In this document: positions 40,010-52,320 of the stretch, in pieces
How positions within the stretch are numbered: the stretch's first letter is position 1
Layout: every line of letters begins with the position of its first letter
DNA from: Octopus sinensis
Taxonomy: Eukaryota
Assembly (NCBI RefSeq): GCF_006345805.1
Contig: NC_043004.1
Coordinates: forward strand, 94,426,001 to 94,490,000
DNA length: 64,000 nucleotides
Reading direction: 5' to 3'
Notes under the pieces: generated by a model
Seen by the model: only the letters and a program-made list of their open reading frames with translations
Told to the model about the DNA's origin: nothing
Database searches by the model: none
Program-made: the position numbers and the translations under genes

Positions 40010-40320
40010 ATATTTATATAAAAGAAGTTTGAAAGTGCCACTATATAAGATAAATTTTAATTTTCTTGGAGATTTTACATGTTTCGGTTCTTCTTGTAAT
40101 AAAAACGTTCATAATTGTTTCTTACTAGTCTCAACAGAGTCCACCTGAACTCTGTTGAGACTAGTAACAAACAATTATGAACGTTTTTATTACACTTAAC
40201 TTTTTAAAATATTTTTGATAAGGTTTGTTTTTTCAAGACGAACTGAAACGTAAAATCTCTAAGAAAATTCAAATTTATCTTATAGAGTGTTGTTTTCAAA
40301 TTTCTTTTTTATAAATATAT
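40010..40320. repeat. Nested imperfect palindrome
   Basis: Inner 46-bp arms 40095-40140 / 40149-40194 (1 mismatch, loop CCACCTGA) and outer ~80-bp arms 40010-40090 / 40239-40320. Confidence 0.88.
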
Positions 40321-40341
40321 ACCAACTCATATTCCACCTAC

Positions 40342-40380
<39 letters not shown>

Positions 40381-40385
<5 letters not shown>

Positions 40386-40635
40386 AATATGCTACATTAC
40401 TCGATAGTCAAGATAAAACTCTGAGTTTCAGATACCGAAGTGGGAATCCACAACATCTCTTCGGTTATAGCCGGATAACCGAAGAGATGTCGTGGATTCC
40501 CACTTCGGCATCTGAAACTCAGAGTTTTATCTTGACTATCGAGTAATGTAACATATTATTGTATAGATAAATTTCCTCTATTTACATAATATTGAGGTCT
40601 CTTTCTTTCTTTTGTTATCTTACCGTTTTACCAAT
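40381..40635 (+). mobile_element. Fold-back element with a hammerhead-like motif on both arms
   Basis: Arms 40381-40468 / 40475-40562, loop AGCCGG. GATAA-CCGAAGA-GATGTCG..CGGCATC-T-GAAA-CTCAGAG-TT-TTATC at 40474-40531 is mirrored on the minus strand in the left arm. Confidence 0.75.
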
Positions 40636-40879
40636 ATATATATATATATATAATTAGAAAAAAAAACCTTTTATCAATTCAAAATGAACAATTAAATTAC
40701 ACCATCTAGAAAATTACATATAATAGAAATATTAAAATTAAAATAATGAAATGTCAATGATTAAGTAAATTGCAAAAAATGATAATAAAAACGTATATAA
40801 TAAATTGAACATTTTTTCCTTGTAAGTTTGGATTTTATTCCCTCAAATAATAATAATTATATATATATATATATATATA

Positions 40880-41282
40880 TATCTTTTTTACTCTTTTTAC
40901 TTGTTTCAGTCATTTGACTGCGGCCATGCTGGAGCACCACCTTTAGTTGAGCAAATCGACCCCGGGACTTATTCTTTGTAAGCCTAGTACTTATTCTATC
41001 AGTTTCTTTTTGCCGAACCGCTAAGTGATGGGGACGTAAACACACCAGCATCGGTTGTCAAGCAATGCTAGGGGGACAAACACAGACCCACACACAAACA
41101 CATATATATATACATATATACGACAGGCTTCTTTCAGTTTCCGTCTACCAAATCCACTCACAAGGCATTGGTCGGCCCGGGGTTATAGCAGAAGACACTT
41201 GCCCAAGATGCCACACAGTGGGACTGAACCCGGAACCATGTGGTTGGTTAGCAAGCTACTTACCACACAGCCACTCCTGCGC
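40880..41282 (-). mobile_element. SINE family A, full length
   Basis: Reverse complement of family A. Confidence 0.9.
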
Positions 41283-41464
41283 CTATATATATATATATAT
41301 TTATATATGGTTGTTAAACGTTATGGCTGGTCATAGAATTGGTAAATGTTAACTTCCTAAAAGACATATTACTACTCTGATGCTTTAGAGTGTGCTTTTA
41401 TTTCAGATGTGTGAACTACTGATGATTTAAGTACTTTTTGAGTGTTGGGCTTCACAGAGGCAAT

Positions 41465-41765
41465 CACTAATGACCGAGATCTTTGGCATTATGGTGTGCT
41501 TGAGAAGAAGACCCATCAAGCCAAGTAAAATCACGGTTGTGGCAGATATTTTGTCATGCAAATGGCACCTGTGCCAGTGTCACATAAAAGCATCCATTAC
41601 ACTCTCGGAGTTGTTGGCATGTTAGGAAGGGCATCCAGCCATAGAGACCATGCCAAATCAGACTAGAGAGTGTGGTGCAGCCTTCCAGCTTGCCAGCCCT
41701 GGTCAAACCATCCAACCCATGCCAGCATGGACATTGGATGTTAAACGATGATGAGGATGATGATG
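41465..41765 (+). mobile_element. Retroposon family C
   Basis: Shared 3' end CCAACCCATGCCAGCATGGAC..GTTAAAC(GAT)n. Confidence 0.8.
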
Positions 41766-41768
41766 ATA

Positions 41769-41825
<57 letters not shown>

Positions 41826-41829
<4 letters not shown>

Positions 41830-43022
41830 GCTGGGCTGAAAAGTTAATAGGCTGACTATGAAACAGAGATGCTAAAGCTGTGAAATCTTGTTCAAAGAAG
41901 TCTTCAAAAGTAACTAGTTGTGACTTGTCTTGCAAATGGTCAAAATTTGGCATCAAGTGCCATCAGATAAAAGATTTAGCCTCCAAAGACAACAGTGCAA
42001 AAGTGGGCATCTGAATTTAGGAGGTGAACAGAAAGTTAGTTAGTTAGTTAGTTAATTTTTTGCCTCAAAATGCAAAAAGCAAGGCCATGTAGGGGGACAT
42101 GGAGTTATGTACAGGGTGGTGTTCATGTAAAGAGTTCAGGCCACTTGTGGTCAAGGGAGACTTTGAACCGAGCAGTCGTCGGCATCTTCACCATCTCGTC
42201 TGACAGCTTATTCCACGGAGAAAGCCACTCTCCTTCGATTGAGATGAAATCGTCGTGGATAGAGCTTTTCGGAATGACCCCACAGTCAACGCTCTGGAGC
42301 AGGAGTGAAGAACAGCTCTTTCGAGAGGTTACACTTTCCGTTTATGATGTTGTGAGCAAGAATGAGATTACCACGGCGGCGGCGGAGTTTTTCTAGAGAA
42401 TAAAGGTCGAGTGTCTTCAGCCTTTCTTCATAAGACAAATGCTTGAGACCAAGAACCATGCAGGTAGCCAGCTTCTGGACTCTTTCAAGATGCTGTATGT
42501 CTTTGAGGAGATAAGGAGAAGAGGCTTGAATCCCGTACTCCAATATAGGTCTCACCAGTGTGACATAGAGCAGTAGGAATATGGCTGCTGTGAGCATTCC
42601 GAATGACCGTCAAATCAAGAACAGAACTCCGCGTGCCCACCCAATATCTCTACATCCTGTACCTGCTACGACTACAGGAGAAAATATTGATCATGTTCAC
42701 CACATGCTGTTGGATGACAGGGGTAATTGACTATAAATCAAATAGCCAATGTTGTTTGTGTGCCCAGTGAGAGAGTTAAGAAAATTCTACACAATATACT
42801 TAGCATGATGTTGGTTTTTGCTCGATGGGTGCCATGTTTTCTGACACCTGGTCAAAAGTGCACCAGACAGATCTAGCTGGTTCCCTTGAATGTTTCCTCT
42901 GTCAGGATGAGTTTTGACTTCATCACTTTGAACCAGAGGAAAGAGACAATCCATTCAGTGGAACACCTCTCCTCACCTGCTCCCAAAGAAGGTCAAGGTT
43001 GTTTTATTTGCAGGGAAGGTGA
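41826..43022 (+). mobile_element. Decayed mariner element interrupted by a CR1 LINE
   Basis: A GAGGCTGGGCTGAAAAGTT-type end lies near 41826. After the LINE, the frame reads TTGENIDHVHHMLLDDR..ERVKKILHN..ARWVPCFLTPGQK, containing the mariner WVPxxL motif. Confidence 0.7.
42034..42630 (-). mobile_element. 5'-truncated CR1-clade LINE (ORF2 C-terminus, 3' UTR, (TAAC)n tail)
   Basis: ORF 42286-42597 reads LYVTLVRPILEYG..SPYLLKDIQHLERVQKLAT..LSYEERLKTLDLYSLE..RRRGNLI, typical of CR1 ORF2 ends. Confidence 0.92.
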
Positions 43023-43023
43023 G

Positions 43024-43096
<73 letters not shown>

Positions 43097-43129
43097 ACTA
43101 TTGTATTAACAGTAGGGAATAGCTTTTAG

Positions 43130-43575
43130 CCTTTTCTTTCAGCTGTGATACCATCAACATCAATGGAAATTGCAGCTGTGATACCAGTGCCGGTGGTACG
43201 TAAGAGAACCATCCGAACGTGGCCATTGCCAGCGCCGCCCCGACTGGCCTCATGCCGGTGGCACGTGAAAAGCACCATCTTACTGTGGCCGTTGCCAGCC
43301 TCGCCTGGCCCCCCTGCCAGTGGCACGTAAAAAGCACCATCTGATCGTGGCCGTTTGCCAGCCTCGTCTGGCACCTGTGCCGGTGGCACGTAAAAAGCAC
43401 CCACCACACTCACGGAGTGGTTGGCATTAGGAAGGGCATCCAGCTGTAGAAACATTGCCAGATCAGACTGGAGCCTGGTGCAGCCTTCTGGCTTCCCAGA
43501 CCCCAGTTGAACCGTCCAACCCATGCTAGCATGGAAAGTGGATGCTAAATGAAGATGATGATGATGATGATGATG
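43130..43575 (+). mobile_element. Retroposon family C with several internal ~50-bp repeats
   Basis: Repeated GGCACGTAAAAAGCACC units and the family 3' end. Confidence 0.88.
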
Positions 43576-44269
43576 AGGAATACCAACACTAGAATGGCAT
43601 CCTGTCCAAGAAGAGATGTATCTCACTTCTGCTTACCACTATGAAACTAGAATTATGCACCAGCAAATACGACCCATTTTTTTGCTTAGGTATTAACAAA
43701 ACTTTCAGTTTTTCTCATTTTCTTTTCAACATTATGTAATATCCTTAGTATTGTCTGCTACATATATATATATCTAGTTGTCTACAGTTTTTGATTTCCA
43801 ATACATTTCAGTTGTTGGAAACTAGAAATATATTTGTGGACAGTATGTGTATGCAATGTGTATGTAATGTGTATGTAATGTGTATGTGTGTTTGAGTGAG
43901 AAAGAACGATTTTATAACTTGTGTAGTTGTTGATTCTGTTTTGTATTTAAAAAAAAAATATTTGTTGTTAGTTTAATTGGAATTTGTAGTGGTTATCTCC
44001 TGCTGCTTATAACCAAAGCTGTGATATAATCCTCTCTTGATTGGCTCGTTTTGCTTGGCTGAATATTGGAATTTAACTCATGATCTGTGTTGATTAGCTC
44101 AGCTTCTTCTATTGCTTCTAGTTTCTTCCCCAGCTTCTCTCACCCTAAATAGAGTTTCACATCCATGCACCTCGAAAACTTATTTCCTAATATTATCACC
44201 ATCAATCATATTGCCACAATCACCTGTACCCTATTTGTCATTCTTACATTGACTATCTACATACACTAT

Positions 44270-45072
44270 CGTTGTTGTTGCTAACATCATCATCATTGTT
44301 ACCATCATCATTATTGTCATCATTCTTCTTCTTCTTCTTCTTCTTTCTTCTTCTTCTTCTTCTTCTTCTTCTTCTTCTTCTTCTAGTTCTTCTTCTTCTA
44401 GTTCTTCTTCATTCTAGTTCTTCTTCTAGTTCTTCTTCTTCTTCTTCTTCTTCTAGTTCTTCTTTTCTTCTTCTTCTTCTTCTTCTTCTTCTTCTTCTTC
44501 TTCTTCTTTCTTCTAGTTCTTCTTCATTCTAGTTCTTCTTCTTCTCCTTCTCCTTCTTCTTTTTCTCCTTCTTCTCCTTCTTCTTTTTCTCCTTCTTCTT
44601 TTTCTTCTTCTTCTTCTTTCTTCTTCTTCTTCTTCTTCTTCTTCTTCTTCTTCTTCCCCTACTTACAGTAATTTGCATGAAGTACTGCTGAATGAACAAA
44701 ACGAGGAGATATATCATAGTGTAAAAACTAGAATGATCCTGGTAAAAGAATAAAATAAGTTTATTTAATATTTCTTCTGCGGAAGCTTCTGGATATAATA
44801 TTAGAAGGAAATGAGCTGTAATAAGGAAATAGCAAACAATTCCAGCAATATAGATGGCAGGTTCACAAACATTAGGCAGTTCCATAATGTTTTAAGTCTT
44901 AATGGATACCCAGAGTCCTTTACTATCTTATTGGAAAACTAATAAGGTTTTCAGTTATAAGTACAATCTTACTAACTTTCTTATTGTTGACCACATCAAC
45001 TCAGGTATGGTTTGCGCATATTTTATAGACTTATCCTCATTATCATCATCATCGTCATCGTCGTCGTCGTCG

Positions 45073-45118
<46 letters not shown>

Positions 45119-45144
45119 TGTGGTCATCATTGTCGTCGTCGTCG

Positions 45145-45180
<36 letters not shown>

Positions 45181-45232
45181 CCACCATCATCCTCACCATA
45201 CCCCGCTCCCATCATCATCGTCGTCGTCATCG
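44270..45232. repeat. (TTC)n tract (44270-44656) and (TCA/TCG)n tract (45037-45232)
   Basis: Seen directly in the sequence. Confidence 0.95.
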
Positions 45233-45773
45233 TTTAATGTCTGTCTTTCATGCTGCTATGGGTTGGACAGTTTGATGGGATCCAAGGAATTTGCTGAACT
45301 GCATCGAGCTCCAATGTCAACTTTGGAATGGTTTCAATAGCAGGATGCCTTTCCTAATGCCAATCACTTCACAACATATACTGGGTACGTTTTTCATGTC
45401 AGTGGCATAAGTGAGATCACCAAGGAACTTACAAGAGAAGAGAGAGAAAAAGCCCATTGACTGAATGTGTGTGTATTGGGTAGGATGCATTTAGGATGCA
45501 TCTGCAAGTATCATGCAGATGTCTTGCTATAGAAGAAGAGACATGGTTATCGCATTTTATACAATGGTTGGTGGAAGTGTTTGAGAAGATAAACATTTAC
45601 TTTCTATAGATGGGCGTAGGAGTGGCTGTGTGGTAAGTAGCTTGCTTACCAACAACATGATTCTGGGTTCAGTCCCACTGCGTGGCACCTTGGGCAAGTG
45701 TCTTCTATAGCCTCAGGCTGACCAAAGCCTTGTGAGTGGATTTGGTAGACAGAAACTGAAAGAAGCAGTCGTA

Positions 45774-45885
<112 letters not shown>

Positions 45886-46136
45886 GTAAATATCAGAGAG
45901 TTATCATTAAGTGGTTAACTCTAGTGCTAGAAATAGCTCCTTATTCTGGTATAGCCACCAAAGTTGTTTCCACAGAAGAAATAACATTACCTTCAACGTA
46001 AGGAAAGTGAAATACAACGAAAAGATAGATTAATGCTGAACAATTGTTTCTTTATCAATATAATATGCAAGGCCACTTGGTGTTAAACTGATGGTATTAT
46101 TAAATTAATATCTAATTTTTCACCCTCATTTATGAA

Positions 46137-46180
<44 letters not shown>

Positions 46181-46608
46181 TGTGTGTGTGTATATGTTTG
46201 TGTGTCTGTGTTTGTCCCCCACAACATCGCTTGACAACCGATGCTGGTGTGTTTACATCACCGTAACTTAACGGTTCGGCAAAAGAGACCGATAGAATAA
46301 GTACTAGGCTTACAAAGAATAAGTCCTGGTGTTGATTTGCTCGACTAAAAGGCGGTGCTCCAGCATGGCCACAGTCAAATGACTGAAACAAGTAAAAGAG
46401 TAAAAGAGTAAAGAGATACTGCATTAGAAGAAACAAGTTATCACTACAATTTGAAATGCAGTCCACACGGAAAAGTTGAATATATAACTGGAGATATGAG
46501 TAACAATCTGATCATGTAATCCTGTACTCATTAGGGTTACATATGGCAGTCACCATATTTCATCGTATAACAAATATCACTGATGGATTCAGGGTGACTG
46601 GAGATATA

Positions 46609-47904
46609 CAGGGTGTTTCAAAAAATTTGGTATTATTTGAGATGTAAATATCACAGAAACTAAATAGTCAAAGCAAATGAAAACTAAACAGGCTTAATGT
46701 TGAGTAACATAAGATTTATTCCTCCAAATTTGAATGAGAAATTCAAAGGTATGTGAATTCCGTGAATGATTTCACAAATATTCAATATGCGCATCGGCTG
46801 AGACACAGAACACGTCAAATCAGTAGTCCAGCTCCTCCAAAACATGCTGCAGCATGTCTTGGGTAGCAGTCTCCAGTGCACTAGTGATTCTCTGCTCGAG
46901 TTCCTCTAGGTTTGTAGGAAGAGTTGGGGAGGGCATAGACCAGGCCCTTCACACAGCCCTAAAGAAAAAAATTCTCAAAGGTGCAGGAGTGGCTGTGTGG
47001 TAAGTAGCTTGCCTACCAACCACATGTTTCTGGGTTCAGTCCCACTGCGTGGCATCTTGGGCAAGTGTCTTCTGCTATAGCCTCGGCCGACCAATGCCTT
47101 GTGAGTGGATTTGGTTGACGGAAACTGAAAGAAGCCTGTCGTATATATGTATATATATGTATGTATGTGTATGTATATGTTTGTGTGTCTGTGTTTGTCC
47201 CTCTAGCATTGCTTGACAACCGATGCTGGTGTGTTTACGTCCCCGTCACTTAGCGGTTCGGCAAAAGAGACCGATAGAATAAGTACTGGGCTTACAAAGA
47301 ATAAGTCCCGGGGTCGATTTGCTCAACTAAAGGCGGTGCTCCAGCATGGCCGGAGTCAAATGACTGAAACAAGTAAAAGAGTAAAAAAGTAAAAAAAGTG
47401 TCAGGCCAGGCGAATGTGGTGGCCATTTCAACAGCACATTTAATCAGGATGTGCCAAACTGTCCTTGGAGGAATCTGAGTTTCCAGATTTGTTCTTCTTA
47501 TGGACTTCTAAGGGCTTTGCAAGAATTTTTGGCGAACCTGCTCAACCATCTCTTCCGATGTTAGTGGCCGTCCAGATCCTTTTGTCCTGCACAGACAACC
47601 TTCCTCTTTGAATTTTTTGCGACATGTCCAAATCAGCATTGTTATTGGTAACTTTTTAGAGAACTCTCTAGCAAATTCACGCTACACAGTCTTGTTTGAC
47701 TGTGTTTGAGCATACTCCAACACACAAAACGCCTTTTCTCTTCCAGTGAATGCCATTTCTATACCTGAAAAGATAAACATATCAAACATTAAAACATAAA
47801 ATTTTGATCTGTTTCTACATATGCTGTTAAAATTTGAAATCATTTGAACAAGAACTGGCAAAGTTATTAGATCGCAAAATGATATAAAATTTTTGGAAAC
47901 ACTG
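46609..47904 (-). mobile_element. Internally deleted Tc1/mariner-superfamily element (DUF4817-like N-terminus) with nested SINE
   Basis: TA-flanked TIRs CAGGGTGTTTCAAAAAATTT / AAAATTTTTGGAAACACTG. N-terminus FTGREKAFCVLEYAQTQSNKTV; C-terminus FFL*GCVKGLVY..TNLEELEQRIT..MLQHVLEELDYR. Confidence 0.85.
46982..47398 (+). mobile_element. SINE family A, full length, nested in the DNA transposon
   Basis: Matches the family A consensus. Confidence 0.92.
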
Positions 47905-48076
47905 TATATATTCCACAGAGGATCTTCGCTAAGGAAATATATTACAAAATAAGTGGACACCTGATTTTGACAAAGTATGTACATCAGTTTAAATGCATAT
48001 TAGCAAAGTGGACAATTACTTTTGTGAACATGTTTAAGAATGCCTTTTCTTCTATGTCACAAGCTTCTGTATTTAA

Positions 48077-48526
48077 CCCTTCAGCATTTACACCAGCCAT
48101 ATCCAGCCCGAATATTTTATGTGTTATTTGTTCAGATTGGCCAGATCCAGCCTCTTACACCTAACCTGAAGTGTTATTCTAAAAATAAACAGATCATCAT
48201 CATCATCATCATCGTTTAGCCTCCACTTTCCATGGGTTGGATGGTTGCATCAAAACCTTGAAGCTATGAGATGATGCATGATTAATTCAAAACAATGTGA
48301 ATAATTAAGAACTACATTTGACGAAGTAACCTAGATGCTAAATTATTAAAGTGATCTATATTTAAACCTCCCATCAAAATTTCATGATAATATGTTTCAA
48401 ACACCAGATTAATAAGGACAAAAGTATTTTACAAAATTCTTTATTATTTTCCATATGAACTGAAAGAAAGAAATATGGTAGCAACAGAAATTTGGTAACA
48501 GATATGGCTGGTTAAATGCTAAAGGA
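48077..48526. mobile_element. piggyBac-type MITE, ~450 bp
   Basis: TTAA|CCCTTCAGCATTTACACCAGCCATATC ... GATATGGCTGGTTAAATGCTAAAGGA|TGAA (degenerate right TTAA). Confidence 0.7.
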
Positions 48527-48770
48527 TGAAGTCTGGAAATGTGGAACAGAGAACCAAAGGCACTCTCATCATATAAGAGCAGAAGCAATTGTCCACAATG
48601 CTAATTGGACAGTCAAGCCAATGTGCATATCTTGTCAAAATCAGGTGTCCATTTATTCAGTAATATATTTCTTAAGGGAAGAGCCTCTGTGGAATATATA
48701 TATCTTCAATTATAAAAGAATATAAAAGTTTATATTGCTGATAACATTTAGGTATTAATTTATATCTTAA

Positions 48771-48990
48771 CCCTTTTGTTACCAACCTGGCTGAAACTGG
48801 CTCTGGCTCTGAGTACAAATGTTTTGTTTTCGTAAGTTTTGAATTAAAATCTTCCACCAAACCTTAGTCATAATTTATGTTCCCAACACTAGCTGAATGA
48901 TAACCGAGTTATTTTACTAAATTCTTTGTTATACTTAAAGTAATTAAAAGAAACACAGACCATCTCGGAATAAATACAGTAATGAAAGGG
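48771..48990. mobile_element. piggyBac-type MITE, 220 bp (second copy)
   Basis: TTAA|CCCTTTTGTTACC ... GTAATGAAAGGG|TTAA. Confidence 0.88.
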
Positions 48991-49559
48991 TTAAACATCA
49001 AATTAAGAAGGACAAAGTTTTTTTTTTTTACAAAATTCTTCATTATTTTCCCAAATGAATTGAAACAAAGACAATGTATTTCAACGAAAATATGGTAATA
49101 AGTGGGTTAAAAGTGACAAATATAGAAAAATATAAGAATCTATATTGCTGACAGTATTTGGATATTACTCTGAGAACAACTATATTTGCATCATAGGTAT
49201 AAGAAGGCATAAACATAACAAACACTAAGACAAATGTTTCAATAGAAAGATTACTTTTATGATGAAAGCTTGTGACAAAGATGTTGACAACCACATACAA
49301 ATTTTATCAAATGTCACAAATAGAATGCAGCAATGCTGTGAGTTGCATGGCTTTCATTTTGAACTACTTGAAGCTAAAATGAAAAGTATGGCTTTCTCTG
49401 TAACAGTTCTCTGCTGTGTATTCTTCTTGTTAAGGGTTCTCTTCCATGACTATTGTATTCATGGTTTGGGGCCTTTCTTTATGTAACCATAAATAAGTAT
49501 GAGATTTTTTTCTATCCCTTTATAGAATTTGTTTTCATTTTGTACAATCTATGTTCTTT

Positions 49560-49617
49560 ACAATTATTATTATTGTTGTTGTTGTTGTTGTTGTTATTAT
49601 TATTATTGTTGTTGTTG

Positions 49618-49655
<38 letters not shown>

Positions 49656-49947
49656 GTTATTATTATTATTATTATAATTATTATTATTGTTATTATTATT
49701 GTTATTGTGGCTGGTGTTGTTGGTGTTGTTGTTGAAGTGGTGCACTGGCAGAATTGTTAGCATGCCAGACAAACTGCTTTGTGGTATTTCATCTATCTGC
49801 ATGTCCTGAGTTCAAACTCCATCAAGGCTGATTTTACCTATCGTCTTTTCAGGGTCAATAAAATAAGTACCAGTTGAGCTCTAAGGTCAACATAATCAAC
49901 TAATTCCATCACCCCAAATTCCAAGCCTTGTGCTCATAGTAGAAAGA

Positions 49948-49983
<36 letters not shown>

Positions 49984-50537
49984 GAGTGAGAGAGTAGTGC
50001 ATGCCGTCAAAGTGATACTGGGGTAATATATACAAAGCCCAGTATACCCATCATGACTACCTGTCTGATAAGGGTACACCAGGCACATGTATCACAACCA
50101 TATGCGCGCGACATGGTGATCTCATATCGAGATAAACAGCACATGACCTTGCAGGTGGGGCCCAGTTAGAATTTTCTTCAGGTTGAGTAGCCCATCCCGC
50201 TCAAACGGTCCCTGAATAAGGGTTGTTTAAGGATGTTGAAAGAACCACCCATGTTTCCAGAGGTGAACTATTCAAACCCCAAAGAATCCCTCTCAACACA
50301 TGGCTATGATGCTCCCCCACTACTTCTGCTCGTGATCAGAGATGCACATATCGTCAGCCACTAAGGGACATGCTCAACTGGTTATGGTCAAACAACTGAC
50401 AAGCAAATCTGTGGTATTGAGCAGAATATTTGCTGTAGCCCATCTTTTATACCAAGACAAAACAATGTACATGATAACACTTCCAATCAGTTAAGATCAG
50501 AAGCCATGAGAGCCACTGCCTGGTACTGCATCAGGGC

Positions 50538-50574
<37 letters not shown>

Positions 50575-50659
50575 GTTATTGTTATTGTGGTTGGTGTTGT
50601 TGTTGTTGAAGTGGTGTGCTGGCAGGATTGTTAACATGCAGACAAACTACTTAATGGTA

Positions 50660-50695
<36 letters not shown>

Positions 50696-50950
50696 TATTA
50701 TTATTGTTATTGTTATTGTGGTTGGTGTTGTTGTTGTTGAAGTGGTGTGCTGGCAGAATTGTTAGCATGCAGACAAACTACTTAATGGTATTTTATCTGT
50801 CTTCAGTCCTGAGTTCAAACTCCATCAAGGCTGGCTTTACCTTTCGTCTTTTCAGGGTCAATAAAATAAGTACCAGTTGAGCTCTAAGGTCAACATAATT
50901 AACTAATTCCATCACCCCAAATTCCAAGCCTTGTGCTCATAGTAGAAAGA

Positions 50951-50983
<33 letters not shown>

Positions 50984-51450
50984 GTTGTTGTTGTTGTTGT
51001 AGTAGTAGTTGTTGTTGTTGCTATTATTGGTGAACTGGAAAACTTTTTAGACAAAAATGCTGCTAAGCATTTTGTCTGTCTTTATGTTCTGAGTTCAAAT
51101 TCTGCAGAGGTCGACTTTGCTTTTCATCCTTGTAGGGTCAATAAAATAAATAGCAGTAGAGCACTGGAGTTGATGTAATTGACTAGCTCCCAAACCCTAA
51201 ATCCCTGGCCTTGTACCTATAGTAGAAAAAAAAATTATTATTGTTATTGGTGAGCTGGCTGAATCATTAGCATGCTTAGCAACATTTTGTCTGTTTTTTT
51301 CATTCCAAGTTCAAATTCCGCTAAGGTAACTTTACCTTTCATCCTTTTGGGGTGGAAAAAGTAAATACCAGTGAAGCACTGGGGTCGATGTAATTGACTT
51401 AACCCTCACACCCCAAATTCCAGGCCTTGTGCCTACAGTAGAAAAGATTA
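49560..51450 (+). repeat. Tandem series of (ATT/GTT)n plus decayed SINE-B units
   Basis: 49690-49960 and 50700-50960 are near-identical including flanks. A partial unit lies at 50570-50665 and more diverged units at 51035-51448. Confidence 0.8.
49985..50538. mobile_element. ~550-bp higher-GC insert within an (ATT)n tract, unclassified element
   Basis: Sharp boundaries with (ATT)n on both sides. It is absent from the duplicate unit at about 50950. Only one copy occurs in the window. Confidence 0.55.
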
Positions 51451-52287
51451 TTATTTTTGTTGTTGGTATTGTTGTGTCGTGTTCTTTTGTGGTTTTTGTT
51501 TAAAGTAGTAAAGTGGAAGAATTAGGGGGCATATGTCAAGTTATTGTTGTGGTGGTGATGGTGGAGTCAATAAAGTGTCTTGCAGTGTTTTGTTACAATC
51601 TCCTACATTCCAAGTTTGAACATTGCCAAAGCTGACCATATCTTTCATATTTCAAAATCATTAAAAATACCAGTCATAAACTAAGGGTAACTGTAATCAT
51701 CTATACTCTTTCCATGTGACCTTGTACCTATGTTAAAAATCTCTATTTCTCTTGTTATTAACCATAATAATATATTTATGGTTGTTTCTCCATCCTTGTC
51801 TTAGATCCATTTTATTTATTCCTTTCAAATTGACAAACAAGAACTTGTAAAGTTCTGGTGGGTGGGGAAGTTGATATTTTTTGTGGTTTTGTGCTAACTG
51901 AAGAAACTATTACTACTGGTAAAAATTGGTAGAGCGCTGAACAAAATGCATAGTGGTATTTAATTAAGATCGTTTACAATCTGAGTTCAAATTCTGCTGG
52001 AGTTGAATTTGCCTTTCGTCTTTTAATGGTCAATGAAATAAATAAAATAAGTACCAGTCATATGCTGGGATTCATTTCGTCAACTGTCCACCTCATTCGT
52101 GGCTTTGTGTGCATCATCAATGTCTATCACATCAAATCTCTATCTTCTCCTACTCTAATATCACCAGTCATTAGTAATATAATTATGATCTCAATCTAGT
52201 ACTTCTAGGGAGCCTTTATGCACAAGAAATAACAACTAAAACCTTTCAAATAAAAGCTCACCATATCAAAAAAGAAGATCATGGCTA

Positions 52288-52320
<33 letters not shown>

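Noticed and set aside
49299-49373. 75-nt minus-strand segment with good acceptor and donor
   Set aside because: It has stops in all three frames, which shows that splice-like patterns arise by chance here.
50330-50430. Pseudoknot-like pairings (AGCAAAT/ATTTGCT, TGCTCAA/TTGAGCA) as an HDV-like ribozyme
   Set aside because: The order and spacing do not fit P1-P2-P3-P1.1-P4, because the putative P2 overlaps L3.
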